DNA from: Vitrella brassicaformis CCMP3155
Taxonomy: Eukaryota; Protista; Chromerida
Assembly (NCBI GenBank): GCA_001179505.1
Contig: CDMY01000613.1
Span: 248,001-312,000 of the forward strand
DNA length: 64,000 bases
Direction: 5' to 3'
A program made the position numbers and the translations under genes. The notes under the pieces were generated by a model, which saw only the letters and a list, made by a program, of their open reading frames with translations, did not search any database and was not told where the DNA came from. Positions 13,201 to 25,712 of this stretch are shown here, piece by piece. The first letter of the stretch is position 1; every line of letters begins with the position of its first letter.

Positions 13201-13651
13201 TCTCTCTGTCCGTCCATCTGAGTGTGTGTGTCTCTCCCTTTCCTTCCCTGTCTCTGTCATCCCCCAACAGTCGGCCCCAATGCACGCCGGCCATTCGTAC
13301 GGCCAAATGGCGTGCTCGCGCGTCTTCAGCGCCTTTTCGATGGACAGTGCCCGACCCAACATGCGGCTCAACGAGAACCTCAAGCAGGTCTACCCCAACG
13401 CCCGCGTGACCTCCTTCATCGACAGCGGGGCCGCCAACGCCGCCGCGCTCGACAGTAGCCTTGTGGTACTGGGGGACGAGCGACACCATCTCATGCACAG
13501 CCGTGGGGCTGGTGGGGGGGCTGGCGGGGGGGGTGGGAAGGTTGATGACCCGACAGGCCGTGACAGGTATGGCTCTGGCGCGGCACAGATGACGGTGCAG
13601 GTGGAGGATGTGGTCAGGGGCGTGCGCAAGTGGATCACCCAAACCACATGA
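7219..13651 (+). CDS. EF-hand + WD40 repeat protein (WDR49/EFCAB8/WDR64-like, probably flagellar); multi-exon
   Basis: N-terminal EF-hand-like LFQ|[20 protein letters not shown] is followed by WD repeats: YVTAG|[116 protein letters not shown] and [14 protein letters not shown]. Stop TGA ends at 13651. Confidence 0.85.
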
Positions 13652-14344
13652 CTGACATCACATACATAATCATCATCTACCTGTGGCTGTGGGTTCGTGT
13701 GGTGTGGTGTGGTGTCTCTTCCTCCCTCCTTTGTTTGCTCGTATGTGCTGCCTGCCTGCCTGCATGCGAGTGAGTGAGTGGAGGCGTGTGGGTGGAGGTG
13801 TGACTCTGAGTGAGTGAATGGATGGATGGATGGATACTTGCAATGCATTCACTGACGACCGTACGTGGTCCGCTCCGCTCGCTCACACCTACCATACACC
13901 CTGTCTGTCACGTCTACACACGTACGCATATATACATATGCAACCATGAGCACGGGAGGCAACAAGGGACGGAGGGAGGGAGGGAGAGCTGTCAGGACGG
14001 CCGGGGCCCGGTGGCTTGTATATATGTGTGTGTGTGTGTGTGTGTACAGGTCAACCAACAGACGACAAGAGGGTGGTTGTGGTGGTGGAAGGCTGGCCTC
14101 AAACAGCACACGGGCACCGAACCAAGGGAAAGAAAGACTGTCGGAAGTGCCAGCCAGGAAGGAAGACGGACAGGCGCAAAAAGAGCAAGGCGCATCAATC
14201 GGTGGGTGGCTACAAGCACGGGAAAATGGGCGCACCCACCAAGGGGTCTGTCTGTCCGTCTCGGCGGTTAAAAGGTTGCTGTAGGTGAATGGTGCTGAGT
14301 AAGTGTATGTGTATGTGTCTGTGGTACACATCCCATCTCCCCAG

Positions 14345-15323
14345 TCACTCAGGCGGCACATGCACCTGAGCAACCAAAGGAACACATTGTCTCTCTCTCT
14401 CTCTCTGTGTGTGTGTGCGTGCGTGTGTGTGTGTGTGTGTGCGTCTGCCGACCCACCCCGTGTTGCGCTGCATCCTCGACCCACTGCTTCAGCGTCAGCT
14501 GCTCGCCATAGTCCAGGTCCAGCCACTCCTGCATGTGCTCATACATCTTCTCGTCATCCAGCTCACTCATCGTCTGCAGAGCGCGCCCACTCATCTTGTA
14601 CTGCAACAAGCCGCCAGGCAGCCGAGCAAAACAGATAGACAGACAGACAGACACCACCGTATGCCACACGTGTGTCAGCATTGGATGCCTCCCTTCCCTG
14701 TGACCTTTTTCAGTTTCAACGCCATGCCAGACATGACCTCATCGGGGTCGGATGCGAAGACTCTCACCACCTGCTGGAGGGTCAGCTGCACTAGAGGTGT
14801 ACCCTGCACACGCCCACGACCCCCACCGCCCCCAGCACCACGGCCATGGCCACGGCCGCCACGGCCGCCAAGCCGACCCCCACCAGCAGATGCAGATCCA
14901 GACGCCGACGTAGACGCTTGACGACTAGACGACGCAGACGAGGCACCTGAAAGAATGAACGGATGGATGGCGACACAATCCATAGGATCGGACCCACTCG
15001 TCGTTTCGGCTGGGTGTGTCATAGGTATTGGTACCTGTCGCCTTCTTCCGCTTTGCTGCAGACTTTGGCACCGACTTCGCTGCGATCTCTATTGTGCGCT
15101 TCTTGTTCTTGGGCTGCTGGGGTGTCTCCTTGGCCTTCTGCTGCTTCTGCTTCTGCTCCGCCAGCCGATAGAGCGGTCGGCCTTCGGCATACGATGGCAG
15201 GATCGGCTGCTTGTCCTGCTGACGCTTCCGGTTCCTCGTGATGCGGTGGAAGGGGTCCTGTTCCTGAACCTCTTCCTCCTCCTCGACAGTGTCGTGTTGC
15301 TGCCGCTGGGCAGTGTCGTCCAT
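14345..15323 (-). CDS. Small basic protein with an RGG-rich segment and a C-terminal SAM-like domain; 4 predicted exons
   Basis: MDDTAQRQQ...KRKKATG|ASSASS...GGRLGGRGGRGHGRGAGGGGGRGR...LTLQQVVRVFASDPDEVMSGMALKLKK|YKMSGRALQTMSELDDEKMYEHMQEWLDLDYGEQLTLKQWV...|VHVPPE*. Splice phases are consistent. The SAM assignment rests on motif resemblance only. Confidence 0.55.
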
Positions 15324-17369
15324 CGTGGCGGCGGCGGTGGTGGTGTCTGCTGCAGTGGCGGGGGGACCGGACACCGTACCAACCTGAGGGCACACACCCA
15401 GGGAGGCACAGAGAGAAGGAGGCAATACACGTGTGTGGATGTTGAGACATGTGCGCAATCACTTGTTTCCCTCTTGCCCTCGGTGTGTACCTTGGTCTGC
15501 AGCACTCGGAGCCCTGACGGAGCGGAGATCGGCACGAGATGCGCTGATGGATGTGCAACTGCCTCACACCCACACACACAGAGAGGGAGGGGAGGGGAGG
15601 GGAAAGGCCGGATGATGCGGCACGATGCTGTGAGCGGATGCAGGCTCTCTGTCTGTCTGTCTTCCTCGGCAGATCTGACAGCTCTTTGTGAGGGAGCTCA
15701 CCTCGTTCTACGTGGCGATGTGGCAGACCACCGCACCTCTATCACTGCGCCGACGCTAAGACGCTCACACAGAAAGGCGCGTCATCCAAATCGCTCCGAC
15801 GGATCGCGCAAATTTCCGTTCGTCGAAAGAAGAGGTCCGCACCTGCACACCGACAACGGCGGCAAGAAGGCGCATTTGGTCAGGCATAACCGAACAGGCA
15901 GACAGCACCGACGCACCTGATCTGACGACGCTGTGTGTGCAGCGGAGGGGGCGCCACACGCGCCGTTCGTCCACTGGCCTGGCCGCACCACCGACGCAAG
16001 CAGCAGATGACCAACAAGCCCTGATCAACGACGTGGGCAACTGAGAGATTTCGGCGAGCACGCCAGACGCCGCATGAGAGAGCATTAGGCGGCTGTGCGG
16101 CTGCCGTTCATGGGATGCCGTCGGCGAAGTGCCTTGGCGGCCATCGCAGCTGACCGCCACTGCGTCAGAGGAGCAAGACCTCAGGGACCCTCTTACACGG
16201 CCGCTGTCCGTCGACGTCTTCAGTCAGTTGACTTGGCCGGAGAGACTGCCGAGCCCCCGGGCGGCAAGGGCGGTGCTGCAGTAATGAGCGGGCGGCGTCT
16301 GAGAGGCCAAGGGGACGCCGTGTGGGTCACCAGACGAGAGGGATGAGCGGAGCAAATGAGCACACTGTCAGGAGAGCGAAGAGGGTGAGGTGAGAAGGTG
16401 AGCCAGCAATCCACAGCATCACATCTCACGGCGTCCTCGATGTCTGACTGTGTCCGGGAGGATTGGACGGGAGGGAGATCTTCTTGTGTGCGACCCTAGC
16501 TCGCAAACGACTCATAAGGATTTTTGAGACCTTTTGTGTTGTTTGTGTTCAACGGGGAGTTTAGGAATTGGCGTGTGTGTGGCGATCTGAAAGGGGTAGC
16601 GGTGATCCGACGCTTTGTTGATTTGCACGGCTTCTGAAGGCTCTAAGGCTTCAAGAGATTTCACAGGTAAGATGGACACCTTCAGAGCCGCACGCACACG
16701 CACCTGTGGCTGTGGTGCTGCGGTGCGTCGCTTCTTTTATCAGCAGAGTGTGTGTGAGTGCGCCATCGGCCGGAGTCGTCAGAGAGGAGCCGCCAGCCGC
16801 ACGTCCAGCGGTCTTTTTGCCGAACAGATCTGTGCTTGTTCCGTGGGTCAGCTGCGCAACACAGAGAGCAACACAGCACTGCACTGTGACTGCAGCGGCC
16901 ATTGGAAGAGACAGTTCTTCTTTTCCTGTGTGCGCTTTCTTTCAGGTGAGTTGCGGCTGCAGTCTGAGATCATGCAGGGCAGTAACTGTTTGCCAGATGA
17001 CCGCTCGTGTCCTAAAGGGAAGCGAGGTAGAGTCGCTTGTATTGAACTGTGAGAGGCAGCTAGCTGCATCGGTGCATGTGTTAGCGCGTGGCTGCACGTA
17101 CATGTAGACTGAGACATGTGATCTGAGCAGCAGCAGCTAACGCGCTTCTTACGGTGATCGAGTGGGACACATGCAGTGCAGGTGGCATGTAGTTGTTAAG
17201 GGTCAGTCAATTCAGAAGAGGAAGCAAACGGCCAAAAGCCTCATTCATCCAATGTCCGCTAGTTACATACACACATACACACACAAACAGCGATACACTA
17301 CACCCCTCCTCGAACAAACACGAGGCGGCCTATCTGTCTAGCAAGAACGAACACCACTCATTGCCTACC

Positions 17370-20300
17370 CTACAGGGCACCGAACCATTGGGACAGCCAG
17401 GCGGCGTCTGCCACATCGTTGAGTGCGCCCGGCATGCTGGGCGCCTGCGGCCAGTCGACGGCATCGTAGAAGAGCCTGCTGCTGGAGAATAGAGGGGTGG
17501 ACCAGCCGGCAATGAACTCCAACGCCTCGTTGTACACTTCGTCTGCCTGCACACCACACCACACCACACCACACCGCACCACCAACAAACAAACGACGAG
17601 AGACGTGACGGACGGACACCACCACGAGCGGGCCAAGCTGCCTGTCTCTGCTCTCCGCGTATGTGGCCGTCCTTGCCTTGTCGTTGAGGTACTGTTCGAG
17701 TGCCATGGGGCCGATGCCGGGGTTGGAGGTCAGGTATGAGGACACAAGGTTGGCGGCCTCGATGGTGCGCATGTACAGGTGGTCGTTGAATGCACGAACC
17801 TTGCTGGGCTCGCTCATATACTGCCTGTCGAACTGCAGCCAGGGCACACGACACGGAAGAAACATGAGGTCGGTGAGACAGTGTGTACGCTGCGTGGCAG
17901 AGAATCGATCCCTGACGGGTGTCTGTCCCCTCACCACCTACTCTACTCACCCCTTTCTTCTTGGTGGTGACTTTTTCGGCGAACCTGTCGATCCTCTCGC
18001 CGACTTGTCTCTTCTGGCCCTCCCACCCGAGGTCCGCCACTCTGGTGGGCACCCTCTCCCCCATCATGCCCCCGCTAATCGTCCCGCCAGACGAGGGCTG
18101 CAGATGGAACTGCACGATAGTCGCCACATCCATGGCCGTCAAGCCGGGAAACAGTGGCGGCGTGACCCCCGGTATCCCTCCACCCAAAACCGGATCCAGC
18201 AAAGACGGACCGGTCTGGAGCGGCATCAGCTCGTTCAAGAGGTCCGTCTCGGCGGGCTGGAGGAGGGACGACGTGCCTCCTGTGAGGCCGGGGAGGAGTG
18301 ACGGCTGCTGCTGCTGCTGGGGGGTGAGGAGTGCCTCGGCCTCGCTGAGGATGCCCTGGGCGGCCGCAGCACCGCCGTCCACAATGCCAGAGGTGGTGGC
18401 AGCGATGCCGCCCAGGGGATCGACGCCCATGCCCATGCCCATGCCGCCCATGCCGACTCCCATGCCGATGCCTGCGAGCGGCTGGGTCACCATCGATTCC
18501 AGGCTCGATGCAGCTCGTCGCACGAGGTAGTCGTCCTGACAAGCATACATCAACACACACACACATACGTCAGCTTTGTGGGTAACTCAGTGAGAGACTG
18601 ACCACGAGATTGGTTGAGAGGAGGCTTGTGGATGTGGGGGCGAAGCCCAGCTGCAGCCTTCTCCTCCGGCTGTTGGCAGCCCTCCCCCTGACGAGGCCGT
18701 CGAAGAATGTCGTCACCTCGGTTCTGACGCTGGTCATGGCCTCGGTGCCGAGACTGGTGATGGCCGTGGGGGTCAGGATGGCCTGGATGACCTTGTCAAT
18801 GTCGCCCGCCTGGATGGAACCGGCCTTGTCCATGGTACCCTTGACCGCCTTCTCCGCATCGGTGCTTCACGAAGAGAACGAAAGACAGAAAGACACACAC
18901 ACACACATACACTCATGACGATGGACGGGCTGGGCTGCATCTGTGTGGTTGATACGATACCCACACAGACACGTGTCTGGATGCTTCTCACTTACTATTG
19001 TGGGTTGATGAGGGCATCGAATCTGTAGAGGTAGGCGCCCAGCAGCTCCTCACCCATCGACATGATGTAGTTGGCCGGCTCCTCAACTATACACACACAC
19101 ACACACACAGAGACTGCGAATATGTGTGTGACGTTCTGCCTCACTTGTGTGTGTGATGATGTTTTCGATGAAGGCCGTGATGTCCTTCATAAAGTTGGGA
19201 AGCTCTGAGAGCGGCAGTTGAGTCAAGTATGTGATGAGCTGCACACACACACACACACACACGCACAGACGAATGACAGACACACAAATGGAGATGACGT
19301 GCAATGTCTCCCTCCTCCCTCCCCTCCGAGGAATCTGTGCTATGCCAGGTCATGGTGCAGTGCACTGGACGCCCACTTTGTTTAGGTTGCCGTATGTGAA
19401 GGGTGCAACCATGTCGATGAAGCCGTGGAAGTGATCCGGGTCGAACAGAGGCATCATGCCCCACACCTGACACACACACAGACACCGTGAGACACATTAG
19501 ATGGGTGCGCGGGGAGGAGAGAACCTCTGCGCATCCACCCGTCCACCCATACCGTCTTTGCGACTTTCTCCAGGAAGGAGACCGCGAGTTTGAGGATCTC
19601 CATCGGGTGCCCCGCGAACTTCTTGAACCCTGCCAGCCACTTGGCCGTCAGCTCTTTACCCCTGTCCGGGAGCTTCCCCAGGATCTCGGTGAATTCCTTG
19701 AGGAAAGGGATGTCCGGGGTCACGATCGACCCGCCATAGGTCAGCACGTCCAGGAAGGGGATAGTGGGCGTCGGGAGGCTGCCCGCGAGGCCCGCCAGCG
19801 ACCCCGCGATCTTGCTGGGGACGACCAGGAGCTCCTCGAAGGGGTTGTAGATGGGCAGGCCTTTCGGAAACCCGGCCGGGGGCGGGGGAATGAGGTCAAG
19901 GAGGCCCTTGAAGTACTTGTCCACATGGAGGAGGTCCGGCACGTGGGGCAGCACTGGGGGCAGGTAGGGCAGCTTGAAGTAGGCCCCGACGAAGTGCTCG
20001 GCGATGGCGAGCCACTCATGGGCGAGCCTCTCGACGAGGCCCTGGATCTCTTTGACCACGGGCGGCGTCGTGATGGCCGTGGGGAGCAGCATCGACAGGT
20101 GGGAGCTGCTCAGCTGGCCCAGCAGGACGTGGTAGCCATCCACCTGACATACACACACATACACACACATATATAGCAAAGCATCTGTGGCTGTCCCATC
20201 CCACCCCCGATTCTTCCAACTATCCCTCACTCACCGCGAGTTTGGGCAGGTACTGGTCGAACAGTGTCTTCTGGTCATGTCCCGCCTCCTTGTGATGTCC

Positions 20301-23300
20301 GTCGCCGCCCAGCCGCAGCAGCTCCAAAAAGGGCGCCAGGACGTGCTCCAGGAAGCCTCCCCACTCATCCGGACTCAGCAGGTCCATGACCGGCTTGGGC
20401 AGCCCTGTCAGGAGAGAGGGCGTGATCTCGTAGCCACCCTTGAGAGCGTCCTGGAAGAGCTTGAACAGCCCCTTGTCGAAGCTGTCGGCCAAGCGCTCGA
20501 TCGCGGGAATGCGCAGCTGGGCGTCCTTGATGATCGCCGCGGCCACGTCTCTGAGGTAATTGGCGCGAGATTTCTCGTTGACGGGGCCTGACAGGTCGAA
20601 GTAGCGACGGAACTCGCGCAGCACTGCACACGCAACGTCATGCAACAGACACAGACACACCACGTAGCGGGAGGGTACATGTCTCTGCCGCTGCTGCTGG
20701 TGCAGAGGTGTGTGTCTGAATGTCTCACTCTTGCCGCCCTCATGCGAGACGAAGTTGATGGATGCGACGTCCCAGAATCCGCCGCTGAGAATCTTGCTGA
20801 ATGGCTCGAAGGCCTTGACGAGCTCCTTGACGAACATGTCCAAGATCTCCATAGTCTTGCTCAAAGGGCTCTTGAAGAAACCGGCCAAGGCCTTAGTCGC
20901 AGCGCCGCCACCAATGGGCTTCGTCAGCTCGGGCTTCGTCAGCTCACCCTACGCACACAATCGAGCAGAGATGCAGGCGGGACCCCCACGATTGCCCGTC
21001 CGGACCATCAGGTGGGATGCGAGATCGTCGAGGTGCGTGAGTGCGTCGAGGGGCTGGAAGTGGGGCACCTTGACGGGCGGGGGTGGCAGGAACGGCAGCT
21101 TGGGGAACATCTCGGCGTACGTCCTGGCCTCGTAGAACAGCTGCACTCACACACAACAAAGACGGAGGGGGACATCCATTGCTTCTGTGGGTCTGTGCTG
21201 TGTGGGGGTGCTGTGCTGTGCCGGGCTGTGCTGTGCTGTGCTGTGCTGTGTGTGTCTGGCGTCACCTCCTTGGCCAAGCGGGTCATGAACTCATAGACAT
21301 CGGTTGTCACCTCTGCCCGCAAGAACCAAGAAAAACTACATATTATAATCGACTGGTGCAGCAGCAGCACTCTCTTTCTCACTCTCTGCGTATCCGGCAG
21401 CTGGCTGGAGCAGCTTGAAGCCCTCAATAACATTGACGCTCATCATGTTTTCGAAGACGTGCTTCTCCGCCTCGCAGTCGGCCTTCTCGCATGAGTAGCC
21501 GCCCGCCGCGAGAATCTTGTGGAAGGTGGCGGCGAGCTGCTGCATCATGTGGACGAATGGCGCCAGGGCCTCCTGCAGAAAGGTGTGGAGCTCCAGGTCG
21601 GTATACTCGACTATCTTGCCGTTGCGGTCGCCCATGAAGATGTCGGCCAGGGGCTTCAGCAAGTCGTATCCAATGGAGATCGGCTGGATGGCGGTGCTGA
21701 GCAGCGTAGGCTCTCGCTCAATCCCCAGGTTCGTTATGTACACCTCGCCGGCGGCTTGGTTCTTGCTTGGGGGCTTGCTGGGGTCGTACATGAGGCGCCG
21801 TCTGGCCTTGGGGCCGAATGTCTGGCTGAAGAAGAGGTCGCAGAGGGACTTCTCAAAGGACTTGTCCGGGAAGCGATCGCAAGTGGGGATGCGGGCCGTG
21901 ACGCCGGCCAGGAGCTCCGTGGCGAGCTTCTCGAAGTAGCTCAGCAGCTCATTTCGAGGAAGCTTATCCACCCACCCCTTGCCCATCTTCAGAAACGTCT
22001 CAACATCTGAAGAAGGGATGTGGTGCGAGCGTGTGTGTATGGCGGGTTCTGTCTCTCTCTCTCTTGTCTGTCGATAGGGTTGCGTACACTTGGCAGCCGT
22101 GTGCGAGATGAAGTCGCGAAAAGCGTCCGCATAGCCTTTGAATTCGCCGGCGATGGTGGTCCACACGCCGAGGGCTTGATTGTACATGGGCATCACGAAG
22201 TCGTTGAGGAATGTCTCAATCGGCTCGATCATGACTTCCAGCCCCAAAGCGGGCAAAACCATTCCCAGTTCTTCCTTGCCGGTGGGCTGCCTGTTGGCAA
22301 ACATGCCCTGAATATACAGCCAAGGGAGACACAAGAGACGCGAAAGCAGGCTTTGTAGGTCATTATGGTTTATCAGCCCTTATATTGTGGATACGTGTCG
22401 TATACTACCGAGATAAGCTTGGTGAGATCGTCCAGCACAGAAAGCGGCAGGAAGTCGACTTCCGGCGATGTGTAGAGGCTCCAGCCCTTGGGCCCCAGCG
22501 TCTCTAGGTCAAAAGCGATCAGGCTCTGCAGGTCGACAATTTCGCCGGGGAATTTGGTGGGGATTCCTGTGAGCAGGTCCAACGCCTCCTGAGGCAGAAA
22601 ACAAGCCAGACAGCATGACACATCTTCTGCAGAAGTGAATGCTCGAGGAACATGATTAGTCAATTGACCGACTGTCGGCGTGTCTCGCCGTCTGTCTGTC
22701 TGTCTGTCATCCTTTTGGCTACCCTGATGATCGTGTCGCTATCGAATTTGAGCAGCTCCTCAATGCTGCCTGAAGCAAGCGTGAATGAGTGAGTGTCGAT
22801 CTTCTTATGTTTCCAGCTACTGTCAAGTTTGAGAGCTACCTTCGAAGTAGAAGTAGGGCGGCAGATGGCGGGCCAGCTCGGCAGCACGGGTCGTCACGTA
22901 GCCCAGCATAGACGACACCGTGTCCGGAGGGTGGCTGCCCACACGAATCGCCGCACGCGTCTTGGCCACAACTGCACCCACAACGGCACGCACAATCAAA
23001 ATGCGTCTTCATTATGCACACATGGCGATGCATGTCTCCCGTGTGTTGTGTGCGTATCGACCGAGCTGCAGGAACTCCAGGAGTTTGGGGTAGACAGTGG
23101 GCTCGTATCCCTGGAGGTCGGGGAGCTTCATGAGGCTCTCCAGCCTGAGTGGCGTGCCCACGACGATGGCCTTGCGCAGCAGGTCCTCCAGGCCCTCGGC
23201 CATAGTCTTGGGAGTGTCCATGCCGGCCTCCACTGCCGCGGAGAGCAGGCTGTCCAAGTCCCATCGCAGGGGGAACTCATCACTCAGCAACTCTGAACGA

Positions 23301-23763
23301 GGTACCACAAACGAAGAAGCAAACGAACAAGCAGAGAAACGAGCGCCACTCAAGTTGGTGCACGTAGCTCTTGCTTGTCCTCATCGTGTACTTGGCGGCT
23401 CGTAGTTTCGAATAGCTACTGGGAATGCAGTCGCAGTTGTGGCAACCAAACTGATCGTAACCCCAAGCAGACCAGAAAGCATTTGTGGGATGGCCAGACA
23501 ACACATGCATTCCAGATGCCCGCCCACCTTTGTGTGAATGCCGCCATGTCGGCAGCCGCCGCCCCCGCTGTGTCGATGAGAGTCGGCTCCAGGAAGGAGG
23601 TGGCACCTGACCATTACCCAAGCACACACACGGACGCATCTCGCCATGATACGTGCTTCACGATGACGTTGCGTGTCAGCTTGCCAGTACCGGGGGTCTG
23701 GGCCATCACGGGGGCCGCCAGGAGGCAGCAGAGGGCGGTCAGGAGCACGACGACGGGCTTCAT
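17370..23763 (-). CDS. Large secreted protein of unknown family (roughly 1,400-1,500 aa); many exons
   Basis: Signal peptide MKPVVVLLTALCCLLAAPVMA (ATG 23763). A chain of spliceable exons encodes amphipathic helical and Pro/Leu/Phe-rich segments, RRRLM and RRRRLQ motifs and a GMG repeat. Ends WLSQWFGAL* at 17370. A split into two genes cannot be fully excluded. Confidence 0.7.
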
Positions 23764-24010
23764 TAGCAGTGGGAGGGGGAAGAAAGGGAGGGAGGGAACT
23801 TCTCTGGGGCCGGGTGTTTTAGGGTAAGCTGTGAAGAGTAGTGAGACTAGCTCGCTCCCTTTTGTTGTCCCTTTCCTCCTTTCTCCTCCCTTTCTCCCCT
23901 TCCCCTCCTCCCCCCCCGTTTTTCCTTTCGCTCCCATCTCACCAACACCCACATGGCAGTCGACAGGTGCGCCTGGTGCAGCCATTGAGAGCTGTGCGTA
24001 CACTGCTGCC
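23764..24010. promoter_or_regulatory. Putative bidirectional promoter (orphan secreted protein / DUF676 hydrolase)
   Basis: Divergent ATGs at 23763 and 24011; pyrimidine-rich (CT) tract on the + strand. Confidence 0.4.
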
Positions 24011-25712
24011 ATGGATCTCCTTGTGTCTTCGTCAGGGATTCTCTCGTTGGCTCTCGTGCTCTACGTAGAGACGCGACAGCCCCCCCATCACGGCTTTCAC
24101 TCAGATTCGGCGACTCTCCACGAACAAGGAACTCCCTCGGCACGCCGTCACACGCTCCTGCCTTCCCCCCCTCCAAGGACAAGAGCTCGTCACAGCTCGT
24201 GGCAAATAGGGTCCTCTCACAACTCAAGAGGCACCCCTCGCGGCCCGGTGGTGTGCTTGGTCTGGTGTTGCGTGCTGGTGTCGTGTGGCTGCTGCTGATG
24301 GTGGCCTACGAGATCCACTGGCTGCATCAAGTCATGACGACACAGCAGACGTGGACGTGCCCAGACCGGCCTGCCGACCATGTCATCTTCCTCGCACATG
24401 GCTGGATCAGCCAACCAGACGCCATGGATGGTATGGTACACACCCAAAAACCCCAAGACACACACGTCCACACCTATAGCTGAGAAGCTTCGTGTGGACG
24501 TCTGTCGCTGTCTGTCTGTTTGTTTGTTTTGTGTGTCAGTGATGGCGATGGAGATCTCTGATCGCGCGCGGAGCCTTTACTCGACGAGCAACGGCAACAG
24601 CACTGACGATGGCGGCCCATGCGTCTTGATCCACAAGCTACACGCAAACTGGGGCATGGTTAGAAGCTGGTTTGCAACGGCCGACGGCATTGACTCCGGT
24701 GGACGGCGAATTGCCTCCGTAAGCCAGCACTCACCAAGGGAAAAGGCGACACACGTGTCGGACTCGATTGTTCTTGTGACTCTCTCTTGGCCTTTCCCTT
24801 GTCGGTCGCAGGAGATGCGTCAGGTGATTGCGTCGCACCCATCGCTCCGGAAGATGTCACTGGTGGCTCACTCGATGGGCGGGGTCTACGGGCGCTATGC
24901 TCTCGGCACCCTTCTCATGCAAGATGACCAGCGCGAGAAAGCCGAAGGCGGGGCCCTGATTGCCGGCCTCAGGCCAGTCAACTTCGTGACAATGGGCAGC
25001 CCTCACGCTGGCGTCGATGGCCACTTCTTCCCCGTCTTTGAGGAGCTTGGCGCCCTCCTGTACCTCGTGGACCTGCCCTTTGCCCTCGGCGACTTGCTGC
25101 GGCGTGTGCTTCCTCTCGGCGCCAAATACGGCCGCACCTTCACGCAGCTCTTTCTGAGGGACGGAGGCGAGTTTTTCGACCGCATCTCTGACCCCAACGG
25201 GCCGTTCTTTCGAGCTTTGGCAAGGTTCCAGGCGCGAAACGCCATTGCTGCTGCAGAGGTGACTGAGTGAGAACACACACGCACCTTCATCAATCGGTCC
25301 CCACGACGCATGCATATCTGACTGAGACGCTTGTTGGTGTCCTTTTCGCCGCCTGAATTCCCTGCAGCATGACTACCTTGTACCTTGCGCGTCATCGACA
25401 GTGCTGACGTCGTGTCCGTTTGAGTACAAGCACCTCGAGGACCCTGACTACCCCCACGTGATAGCGACCTACGCCACCATAGCTGATCCATCTCGAATGG
25501 CGCACCCCTCCCACCCCCCGCCCCCCGAAGTCCACGAGTGCCCAACCGTCCAGGAGCTGGGCCACGGCAAAGGCCTCTACCATCGGTCGACACTCGAGCA
25601 TACCTTGGTCACCCGGCTGGCCGCTCTCGAGTGGACGCACACAATAGTGCGGTACCAGGGCTTTGCCAAGCTGTTCGCCCACCAGCTGCTGGTATACATG
25701 TTCCGGCGGTAA
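24011..25712 (+). CDS. DUF676 family putative serine lipase/esterase (alpha/beta hydrolase); multi-exon
   Basis: DHVIFLAHGW (oxyanion region), KMSLVAHSMGGVYGRYALG (nucleophile elbow), PVNFVTMGSPHAG and a late HQLL His candidate. Hydrophobic N-terminal segments. Stop TAA ends at 25712. First-exon structure is uncertain. Confidence 0.85.

Noticed and set aside
14955-15920. 321-aa plus-strand ORF
   Set aside because: Antisense shadow of the RGG/SAM-like gene; poly-Leu/Gly arises from reverse-complemented CAG and AAG codons.
16430-17200. Intergenic stretch with splice-like signals (cacag|gtaag near 16667, ttcag|gtgag near 16946) and short ORFs
   Set aside because: No coherent exon chain or recognisable protein or RNA motif; cannot support a gene or transposon call without transcripts.
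23815-23826. Isolated TTTAGGG telomere-like heptamers (also near 51871 and 56410)
   Set aside because: Single copies, expected by chance.
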